From NCBI GenBank assembly GCA_951406725.2, contig OX597833.1:39184001-39248000 (forward strand): 64,000 nt of DNA, given 5' to 3'. The position numbers and the translations under genes are program-made. The notes below the pieces were generated by a model. It made no database searches. It was not told the origin of the DNA and saw only the letters and a program-made list of their open reading frames with translations. The DNA is from Octopus vulgaris. Its lineage: Eukaryota. Below are positions 40,640 to 51,912 of the stretch, piece by piece; positions within the stretch are counted from its first letter, which is position 1, and each line of letters starts with the position of its first letter.

Positions 40640-40827
40640 GAAATAAGATTAAGATTAATGTAAAAAATAAATAACGCTGAAGCAAAGTAACACCAAATAT
40701 ATAGTGCGTGTGTTTTTATTGGCTAAACTGGCAAAATGACCATTCTGAAATACAACAATATATATATATATAGGAAATGTACTTGCATAGCAAGTGATTT
40801 GATCTGAGATCGTGTGCTGAAACGAAA

Positions 40828-41120
40828 ACAATTGCAGCGTGGAAGGTGTTTGTAAGCCATTTAAGAAACACACAAAAGCTGTTCGATTCACTTCAACATT
40901 TAAGTTTAATTTGTCAAAATATTTTCAGCGCTTTAAGACCGCGACCTGTTCACTGACAAAAATTCGTGAACAGATGCAGCACAGATTTTTGTCAGTGAAC
41001 TGGTCGTGATCATAAAGCGCCGAAAATATTTTGACAAATTAAACTTAAATGTTGAAGTGAATCGAACGGCTTTTGTGTGTTTCTTAAATGGCTTACAAAC
41101 ACCTTCTACGCTGCAATTGT
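40828..41120. repeat. 293-bp palindrome (136-bp arms, ~21-bp spacer), probable inverted Penelope pLTR pair
   Basis: 40828-40963 is a near-perfect reverse complement of 40985-41120; (TA)n flanks. Confidence 0.9.
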
Positions 41121-41134
41121 ATATATATATATAT

Positions 41135-41530
41135 AGGTGTAGGAGTTGCCGTGTGGTAAGTAGCTTGCTTACCAACCACATTGTTCCGGGTTTAGTCCCA
41201 CTGTGTGGCACTTTGGGCAAGGGTCTTCTACTATAGCCTCGGGCCGGCTAAAGCCTTGTGAGTGGATTTGGTAGATGGAAACTGAAAGAAGCCCATCGTA
41301 TATATGTATATATGTATATGTTTGTGTCTGTGTTTGTCCCCCCAACATCGCTTAACAACCGATGCTGGTGTATTTACATCTCCGTAACTTAGCGGTTCGG
41401 TAAAAGTGACCAATAGAATAAGTACTAGGCTTACAAAGAATAAGTCCTGGGGTCGATTTGCTTGACTAAAGGCGGTGCTCCAGCATGGCTGCAGTCAAAT
41501 GAGTGAAACAAGTAAAAGAGTAAAGAGTAA
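41135..41530 (+). mobile_element. SINE family A, full length
   Basis: Complete copy. Confidence 0.9.
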
Positions 41531-42557
41531 GAGATATATATATACACATACATATATACATACGTATTTATAGAGATATGTATATACATACATGCAAACA
41601 CATCTATCTATACACACACACACACATATACAGACAAACACATATACATATATAAATACATATACATATGTGTGTGTATATGTATGTATATATGTATATA
41701 TATGTACATATATATATATATACACATACATATTTATAGATATATATATATACATACATACAAACACATAGAAATGCACAACAACATCATCATCATCATC
41801 CACAACAACAACCACAATAACAACACAACTTATACACACTTAACAACAGAATATACAGATGCAATATAACACAACCCTCTACATCTAACATCTAAACTCA
41901 CTTGTAAGGTGTACATGTGGGCATCTCGCCTGTCAATATGTGTAGTTACATGCAGCAAAAATGCCACATATATGCACATGCGTACATATATCGCTTAATA
42001 TAAAATTAGTACTGCAGCTGCAGTCCAGGCTGCAGTGCAGTAGGAAATGCATGAATAGGGTCTAATTTCATTGAGTTAAGTGCAGCTGATTGCTTAACAG
42101 GCTAAATGGTGCATTAGCTACATCAGTTATACAGTTTTGTCTGCAGCAATAGTAATTTCAATAGAAAATAGAGTTATGTAGTGCTGTAACAAATGGTTGC
42201 GTATGTATAATTATGCCTCATGTAATCAGGACAAATTTACTTCATCTGTTGGTGGTGATAATGATAGCGGTGGAGGTGGTAGTTGGTAGGTGGTGGTGGT
42301 GGTGGTGGTGGTGGTGGTAGATGTATAGGTAATATAGGTGATGATGATGATGATGATGATGGTGGAGACAGTGTTGTTGGTGTTCTTTGTGTTGTGGTTG
42401 TTGTTGTTGTTGTTGTTGGTAGTATTGTTGTTGATGTTGATGGTGTGTGGTGGTAGCAGGGCTAGTGTGAGTGGTGGTGATAAAAATGATGATGATGATG
42501 ATGATGATGATAGTGTTGGTGGTGGCAATGATAATAGTTGTGATGTTGGTGGCGGTG

Positions 42558-42597
<40 letters not shown>

Positions 42598-43464
42598 AAT
42601 AATGATGGTCTGACGATGGTTGTGATGTTGGTGTGGTGGTGAGGATGATGGTGGTGTACTTGATGTTGTCGGATAAGGGTGATGAGGTGATGGTCTTGGG
42701 CTTAGGGGCAGGAGACCCCAGACCTTGGAAAAAAAAAAAAAAAACTTTGATCGTCTTGTATTCAAGGGCTCTTCCTTGACACCCGACACCACTGGGAGGT
42801 GGCCCTTGAATTCGCTGGAAATGGAGATCTCCTGGTCCAAATTCTTGGACAGCTGTTGTTGGTGTTGATGTTGATGGTATTAATGTTGGTGATGATGATT
42901 ATGATGATGTCAGTGGTGGTAATGATGGTGGTGGTGCTGATGATAATGCTGCTCCTATTTGTGGTGGTGGTGGTGATGGTGTTGGTGATTGTAATGATGA
43001 TGGTGTTGGTGGAGGTGATGATAGTGATGATGTTGGTGACAGTGATGATGGTGGTGGTGATGGTGGTGATGGTAGTGGTGGTGGTGGTGGTGGTTTTGGT
43101 GTTGTTGTTATTGTCATTGTTATTCTGGTATTCTGTCAGTTATGACGACAAGTGTTCCAGGTGATCCAATCAGCGAAATAGCCTATTCCCGTGCATGTGG
43201 CCGAGAACTCCACAGTCATGCATACACAGATTCAGTGTGACATAAAGTGTGACAAGGCTGGCCCCTTTGAATTACTGGTACTACTCATTTTTGCCAACTG
43301 TGTGGACTGGAGCAATGTGAAATAAAGAGCCTTTCTCAGGGACATAATATGCTGCCAAGAATTGAACTCACAACCTTACGATTGTGAGCTGATTACCCTA
43401 ACCACAAAGCCATATACCTTCACTTTGTTGTTATCATTGCTGATAATATTGTTATTTATGCTGA

Positions 43465-43715
43465 TAGTGTGGAGGCATTGTGTGTGTTTATTGAGTGAAA
43501 ACACCTAAAGCCCCATGAGGCTCCAGCAGGGGTTGGTGGCGACCCCTGTTGTACTCTTTCGCAACAACTTTCTCTCACTCTTTCTTCCAGTTTCTTGAGT
43601 AATGCTGCGATAGACTGGCATCCCATCCAGCTGGGGGGAACACATACGCCACAGAAACCGGGAAACCAGGCCCATGAGCATAGTTAGGCTTGAAACCGGT
43701 GCATAAAAAAAAAAG
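43465..43715 (+). mobile_element. SINE family C variant, head partly deleted
   Basis: gagtgaaaacacctaaagc...ctgcgatagactggcatcccatccag...gaaaccgggaaacc, poly-A end. Confidence 0.75.
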
Positions 43716-46287
43716 TTGATAGTAATGGTCATTTTTTTATTTAATGCTGGAGATAATGCTGCCCTTGTTGTTTGTGGTGGTGTTGATGTTGGTGTTGGTG
43801 GTCTTGTTGGTGTTCTCGGGGTCATTGTTGCTCTTATGGTTGTGTTAGTGGTAGGGTTATTGTTGTTGCTGGTGATAATGCTGCTGCTGTTGTAAGTGAT
43901 GATGACTATTGATGGTACTGGTGTCTCTATATTATAAGTGATGACATGGCAAGCTGGTAGAAAAGTTAGCAAGCCAGGCAAAATGCTTCACAGCATTTTG
44001 CCTGGCGTGCTAACGAAACAGCCAGCTCACTGCCTTATAATGATAATTCTTTCTACTATAGGTGCAGGAGTGGCTGTGTGCTCACCAACCATCTTTTGGG
44101 GTCGATAAAAACCAGCTCCCCCACTACAAATTTCAGGCCTTGTGCCTATAGTGCAAAGGATTATTAATAACAAGGCAAGTTGGTAGAATTGTTCTGACGC
44201 AAAACAAAATGCTAAGGGGCATTCCATCCAGTTCTTTACATTCTGAGTTCAAATACCACTGCAGTAGACTTCGCCTTTTATCATTCGGGTGTCAAGTACT
44301 AGAGCCCATATAAGGGACTTGACTCATTCCCTTTAAATATTCGCTGGCCTTGTACTAATTAGAAACCTAATATTATTGGCTTCAAATCTTGGTGGCACAA
44401 CGCTAGCAGTTTCAGAGGATTACATTGATTACATTAGTTTAACAGGTACTTATTTTATTGACCCCAAAAGGACGACAAAAGGTAAGTCAACTGCAGTAAA
44501 ATTTGAATTCAGAATGTAAAGCCCTGAAATACTGCAAAGCATTTTGCATGACAATGCTCATGATTCAGCTGTTATTATTTATGATAATACTCCTGTGTTT
44601 TTCTCTGTCACAACATATGAATGAGAAAGGAACGAGTGATAGATGAATAAGGAAGGAAGGGGTGATGGCAAACTGGTTGTGGGAGCATATATGTATGTAT
44701 GTGTGTGCGTATATAAGGGTATTATGTGAATGTTTGTGTGTGTGTGAATCAGTGTTCTTTCAGAGCAAGCAATGATCGATGTCACATCTCAAAAGATAAC
44801 CACAAGATAACATTGACAAGTGTATTAATTTGATTTACCCTCCATATTTTGATGGCACGGGGCCAGCTAGTTATTTATAATAAGGAAAGCTGTTACAATC
44901 GTTATCACATTGGACAAAATGCTTAACGGTAGTTCTTCCTGTTCTTTATGTTCTGAGTTGAAAAGATTTGCCTTTCATCAATAAAATCAATAAGATAAAT
45001 ACCAGTTGTGCACTGGGGTCAATGTAATCAACAAGAACTTTCTCCCTGAAGTTCAAGCTTTGAGCCTATAGTAGAAAGAATTAATATCATCATCAATAAT
45101 TACTATTTGGGTTATTATTTGTATTTCTTACCATCACAACTGCCACCATGCTGTTGTTGACATCTTTATCATCTTCGTTGCAATTACTATCAGTATCATT
45201 ATTATCTTAATCATTATCATCATCATCATCACCATCATCATCATCCTTCTCCTCCTCTCCCCTCTTCCTCTTCCTCTTACCTCCTCTTCTTCCTCCTCCT
45301 CCTCCTCCTTATTGATGATTACAATCATTATCATCATTACTATCATCATATCTCTCATTGTTATCTTCTTCCTCGTTGTCGCTGTTGTCGTCATCATCAT
45401 CGTCGTCATCATCATCATCATCATCATCATCATCACTATCCTTCTCCTCTCCCCTCTTCCTCTTACACCCTCCGCCTCCTCCTCCCCCTCCTTATTGATC
45501 ATTACAATGATTATCATCATTACCATCATCATATCTCTCATTATCATCATCATTGCTATCCTCCTCCTTGTCGCTGTTGTCGTCGTCATCATCATCATCA
45601 TCATTATCATCATTATCATCATCTTCGTCGTCATCATCATCATCATCATTTCTCACTGGAAAAGTGAGAGGAGAAAGATATTTCTAATGTAATTTTCATT
45701 GCCAGAAAGCCAACACTTGCCATAATTGATTCTACATCTCCAAGTGTGAAACTGTTATTATATTTACTCTCTCTCACACACACACACACACACATACACA
45801 CACACTTGCACACATACACACTCATACACACACACACACCCACACTCACGCCCCCACACACTCATACATACACACCTACATATGCACACACATGCACACA
45901 CACATGCACACATACACATGCACACACACACACATGTACACACACACACATGCACACACACATACATACACACACACCTCCACACACACACACACACACG
46001 CACACACATACGCATACACATACACATACAAGGAGAGAAGACAGTAAGAGAATAAGTCAAAATGGTGATAAAAAGCTCACCAAAAAATTTCAAATTGTAA
46101 TGCTAAAAAAAATTAAATAAACACCAATAAAATGAAGAAGAAATTTAATAAAAGTATAAAAAGGAAGTCATATTTTTTCGTCATCAAATATTTCTTTGTT
46201 TGCATTGCTCTTATCATCATCATCATCATCACTACCATCATCATCAGCCACCACTGTCTTCATCATCGCCATCATCATCACCACCAC

Positions 46288-46337
<50 letters not shown>

Positions 46338-47004
46338 CCATCGTCACCACCACCACCACCACCACCACCACCACCACCACCACCACCACTGCCCCCACCA
46401 CCACCACAACCACCACCACTACCACTGCCCCCACCACCACCACTAGCCACCACTGTCTTTGTCATCATCCTTCCTCATTATCACCATCATCATCTTCATC
46501 ATTGTCGTTATAATCAACATCATCATCATCATCATCATCACTACTATCATCATGCTTATCCTCATTGTTGTCATCATCATCATCTCTGTTGTTGCTGTTG
46601 TCACCACCACCACCTCCCCCACCACCACCACCGCCACTACCATACCACCACTACCACCATCATCACCACCATCATCACCACCACCACCACCATCACCACT
46701 ACTATCCTCCATTACTGCCAGCACCCCCCCCATGCTGTATCGTTATTTACAAATCCTAGTGTTATCATTTTCTGGAATGTGCCTATGTCTACCTTTTTAG
46801 GTAATCTGTCTGTGTCCTCCCAGAAAGGGGTTGTGTATCATTCCAGCTGTAATAATTGCATACAAAGTGAAGGACACATTCCATAGCCACTTTCATCATC
46901 ATTCTCATCACTACCATCATCATCATCATCATCATCATCGTCATCGTCATCATTGTCGTCATCATCGTTGTCATCATCATTGTCGTCGTTGTCATCATCA
47001 TCAT

Positions 47005-47345
47005 CACTCGAAAGGTTCTTGAATAAGGTTTGTTTAAGGATGTTGAACAAAACACCCTTGTTTCCAGAGGGAAATTATTCAAACCCCACCAAATTCCTCT
47101 CAACAGATGGCTACAATGCTCCCCCACTACTACTGCTCATGACCAGAGATGTACATATCGTCAGCCACTAAGGGACATGCTCAACTGGTTACGGTCAAGC
47201 AACTGACAAGCAAATATGTGCTATTGAGCAGAATATTTGCTGTAGCCCATCTTTTATACCAAAACAAAACAATGTATGTGATAACACTTCCAATCAGTGA
47301 AGATAAGAAGCCATGAGAACCAGTGCCTGGTATTACATCATGGTA
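47005..47345. mobile_element. Partial copy of the non-coding element at 47849-48398
   Basis: Colinear with 48063-48398. Confidence 0.8.
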
Positions 47346-47519
47346 TCATCATAGTCACCATAATCATTATAATAAATAATAAAAATGAAAACAACAACAA
47401 TAATAATCCTTTCTACTAATGGCACAAAACTTGAAATTTGGAGGGAGAGGACTAGTTGATTACATCAACCCCCAGTACTTCACTGATACTTATTTTATTG
47501 ACCCCAGAAGGATGAAAAG

Positions 47520-47755
47520 GCATCGTTTTAGTCTTCAGGTTCCACAATTTGCTGATTTCTATTTAAAAATATTTATACTTGCTCAGTTTTTGGTATGTCT
47601 TGACAGATACGTTTATATCGATGGGGACAGTCATATCAATGAGGAGGCATGATTTTTGTCTGAAGTCTTTTAATATGTCTGGCCTATTTGCATCTACCTT
47701 TCTGTCAGTTTGAATAGTGAAGTTCCAGAGGAGTGAGATGTGATCATTTTCCAGC
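47520..47755 (-). mobile_element. R4/Dong-like RLE LINE fragment
   Basis: LENDHISLLWNFTIQTDRKVDANRPDI...CLLIDMTVPID...KLSKYK. Confidence 0.88.
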
Positions 47756-47758
47756 ATC

Positions 47759-47831
<73 letters not shown>

Positions 47832-47848
47832 GTATTATTATTATTATT

Positions 47849-48397
47849 GAGTGATGGAGCAGTGTATGCCATGAAAGTGATACTGGGGTGAAATATACAA
47901 AACCCAGTATACCCATCATGACTACCTGTCTGATAAGGTTACACTAGGCACATGCATCACAACCATATGTGCACGACATGGTGATCTCATATCAAGATAA
48001 TCAGCACATGACCTTGCAGGTGGGGCACAGTTAAAATTTTCTTCTGGTCGAGTAGCCCATCCCGCTCAAAAGGTCCCTGAATAAGGATTTTTTAAGGATG
48101 TTGAATGAACCACCTATGTTTCCAGAGGTGAATTATTCAAACCCCAAAGAATCCTTCTCAATACATGGCTATGATGCTGCCCCACTACTTCTGCTCGTGA
48201 TCAGAGATGCACATATTGTCAGCCACTAAGGGACATGGTCAAGTGGTTATAGTCAAACAACTGACAAGCAAATCTGTGGTTTTGAACAGAATATTTACTG
48301 TAGCCCATCTTTTATATCAAAACAAAATAAAACAATCTACATGATAACAGTTAAAATCAGAAGCCATGAGAGCCACTGCCTGGTACTGCAAAAGGGC

Positions 48398-48398
<1 letters not shown>
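47849..48398. mobile_element. ~550-bp non-coding interspersed element embedded in (ATT)n
   Basis: Flanked on both sides by (ATT)n; second copy nearby; no long ORF, no TIR, no tRNA head seen. Confidence 0.65.
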
Positions 48399-48454
<56 letters not shown>

Positions 48455-48469
48455 CATTATTATTATTAT

Positions 48470-48732
48470 TCTATGTTTGACTTTTGCTTTACATTTGTAC
48501 AAGTTGGCTCCAAATCTCACCCAGAGACCTCAAGAGACAACAAGTTGGAAGTTCATGTTGGTGTTATGCCTAGGGTGTCATATATTTGGTTTTGTACTTA
48601 GTGTTGTACTAGTGAATGTCTAAAAAACCATACGAAAATTATGTTTGTTTTAAAACTTGAGATTACATAGAAAGTATTTTGCATAGGATATGAGCAGTTT
48701 CCATGAGCACTATCTTTTGAATTTCTGCCATT
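48470..48732 (-). mobile_element. R4/Dong-like LINE extreme 3' end plus UTR
   Basis: MAEIQKIVLMETAHILCKILSM*; (TAA)n tail. Confidence 0.8.
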
Positions 48733-48974
48733 ATTATCATTATCATTATTATTATTATGTAAGGCAGTGAGCTGGCTGAATCGTTAGCATGCCAGGCAAA
48801 ATGCTTAGTGGTATTTCTTCTAACTCTTTTCATCCTAAACTCAGATCTTACTGAGATTGGTTCGCCTTTCATCTTTTGTTGGGCTGATAAAATATGTACT
48901 AGTTGAACACAGGGGTCAATATAATCAACTAGTCCCCTCCCTTAAAACTGCTGGCCATATACCAACGTTATTAT

Positions 48975-49365
48975 TAATCGACATTTGATAGTTTCAGGCA
49001 GATTTTAACTGCATCACCTGCTACCACACCCTGTTGTACAGCATTTTGTGTCATTTTCATTGTTGGGGGAGTGCAAACTCTTTCCAGTATTGTATTGCAT
49101 CCATTTGTTTTGTTATGGGGTTTGGTTACAGTCTTTTGTTGTATTAGTGTTTGTTTTGTGAGTTGTGTGTGTAATGTGAGTTGTTCTCTTCTTTTGGGTA
49201 TCTGGCTTGTAGAGTACATGTGAGGGTGGTTTATTTTACTGGATATTTACTGTATAAAGTGTCTTACATTTGTGGATTGCTATATTTGGGTTGAATTGAT
49301 AGTGTCTTGTGTAGGATGTGGGTTGTAAGATATTGTTGTTATTATTATTATTATTATTGTTATTA

Positions 49366-49435
<70 letters not shown>

Positions 49436-50230
49436 CATTATTATTCAGTAGTCTTATTTTTATCACAGGCTTTCAGTGCACTACTGAGGGCAGCTCTGTC
49501 TACCTTGGTTTGTTGTAGTGTTCTTATTTTCACTGTATTGAAAGTGCCTTACATAGGATGTATGCAGTGTCTAGTAGTGGTATTTCCTGTATGTTATATA
49601 TATTCGTAAGTCCTGGTGTTTTGGTTATGCATTTGTCTGAATGTTTTTTAATCATACCTAATGCACCTATTATTATAAGGATTGTTTCTGTTTTTAGACT
49701 CCACATTTGAGTCACCTCTATTTCCAGATCTTTGTATTTTGAGAGTTTCTTCATTTCTTTTAGAGATACTTTGTCTCTGTTGGTATTGATACATTGATTC
49801 GAAGGCATTTTTTACTTCATGATCTCTGACAACTATATCTGGTCTATTAGCCTTGATTTCTCTATCTGTGTGCATTGGCATACCCCAGAGTATAGTTACT
49901 TTCTCATTTTTTGAGACCTTTTCTTGGGTGTGCCTACACCATCTTTTTTCTGTTGTTATTCCATAGTGTTGGCATAACTCCCAATGTAAATAAGTCTCAA
50001 CTCTGTCATGTTTGTGGATATATTCCTTCTTAGCCAGGACTGAGAAGCCAGAAACAATATGGTTTATTGTTTCTTTCCCACCACCACATTCTGCAGTTAC
50101 TTATATTATTTTCCATTATGTGTTTTTGATGATTTCTGGTGGGAAGGCTTTGCTCTTGTGCTACAATTAAAAATCCTTCAGTCTCTTTGATTCCTGAGCT
50201 TCTCTGCCATTGTTGGCATTTTACTTTGTC
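48975..50230 (-). mobile_element. R4/Dong-like LINE 3' part: zinc-knuckle region, RLE and long 3'UTR
   Basis: ETEGFLIVAQEQSLPTRN...CRM...ETINHIVSG...HTDREIKANRPDIVVRD...KLSKYKDLEIEV...IIIGALG...LLDTAYILCKAL*; (TTA)n both sides. Confidence 0.9.
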
Positions 50231-50273
<43 letters not shown>

Positions 50274-50281
50274 CATCATCA

Positions 50282-50336
<55 letters not shown>

Positions 50337-50554
50337 TAGGTAGTGAGCATGTTTGGTAGAATACTTAGCGGCGTTTCATTCATCACTGTGTTTTGAGTTC
50401 AAATTCCGCTGAGGTCAACTCTGCCTTTCATCTCTTCAAAATCGATAAAATAAGTAACAGTTGAACACTGGCGTTGATGTAATCGACTCATTCTCTCCCC
50501 CAAAATTGCTGCCCTTGTGGAAAAATCTGAAATTATTATTATTATTATTTTTAC

Positions 50555-50629
<75 letters not shown>

Positions 50630-51035
50630 ATGAAAACTCACAGCTTATTTTGCTGGTTATGGTGGAAAGAGTCAGCTGTCCACAGCCAGCAGACTAAGGT
50701 GACACTTGTTTACTGGTCATGCTTCAAGAACCCTGTGAAGAATTCTTGCAGCTCCAAGCAATGCTGATTTCTGTAGGTGGTCTACCTTCACTCTTGCACC
50801 AATCTTTTTCAGCCATGTTGGTTGTTGAGTGCTGATACTTCCAAGTGCACCAATTACTATTGGTATCACATCTACTATCTTCATTGACCACAACCTTCAT
50901 ATTTCCCACTTCAAATCGTCATAGTTGTTTATTTTTTCTTCTTCTTTCACATTGATCCTGTGGTCACCAGGGCATGCTATGTCGATTATCATACATGTTC
51001 TTTCTTTTTTATTGACCACAACAATGTTCGGTTCT
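50630..51035 (-). mobile_element. Further divergent R4/Dong-like RLE fragment
   Basis: PNIVVVNKKERTCMIIDIACPGD...EKINNYDDLKWEI...IPIVIGALG...LQKSALLGAARILHRVLEA*; (TAA)n tail. Confidence 0.85.
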
Positions 51036-51502
51036 CAGTGTCTGGTCAGGTAATTATTATCATTATTATTACTATTATTATTATTACTATATTTGAATTT
51101 CATAGTGCAAAGATGTGTTTTTGGTTCTCCCTTCAAGAAATATTTTATTTAAACATTACTAAATGAGGTTGTCTTTGGAGTACTTCTAAAAATGAGCCAT
51201 AACAGTATAATGAAGTGCTGCCCCGAATGCCAAGTTTTAGACAAAACAAAAAAACAAAAACAGGTTTGTTTCACTAACTTTATTAATTTATTAGCACACA
51301 TTACATTATCACAACCAAAATGGTTACTACGTACTATCATGCTACAAAACTGGACACTACAATGGCCAAAACAAGAACACAAAACTAAATAAGTATCCAA
51401 GAGAGAGAAGAAAAAGAACAGTATCTTTTATTTGCTTCAGTCATTAGACTGTAACCTTGTTTTGAAGAATTTTTAGACAAATGAATCGACCCCAGTACTA
51501 TA

Positions 51503-51912
51503 GGCGTAGGAGTGGCTGTGTGGTAAGTAGCTTGCTTACGTACCACATGGTTCCAGGTTCAGTCCCACTGCGTGGCACCTTGGGCAAGTGTCTTCTACTA
51601 TAGCCTTGGGCTGACCAAAGCCTTGTGAGTGGATTTGGTAGACGGAAACTGGAAGAAGCCTGTCGTATATATGTGTATATATATGTGTGTGTGTGTATGT
51701 TTGTCTGTGTTTGTCCCCCCAACATCACTTGACAACCGATGCTGGTGTGTTTATGTCCCCGTAACTTAGCGGTTTGGCAAAAGAGACCGATAGAATAAGT
51801 ACTAGGCTTACAAAGAATAAGTCCTGAGGTCGATTTGCTCGAGTAAAGGTGGTGCTCAAGCAAGGCCGCAGTCAAATGACTGAAACAAGTAAAAGAGTAA
51901 AAGAGTAAAGAG
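51503..51912 (+). mobile_element. SINE family A inserted antiparallel into an older SINE A (51420-52215, -)
   Basis: The older copy's tail is at 51420-51497 and it resumes after 51912. Confidence 0.85.
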
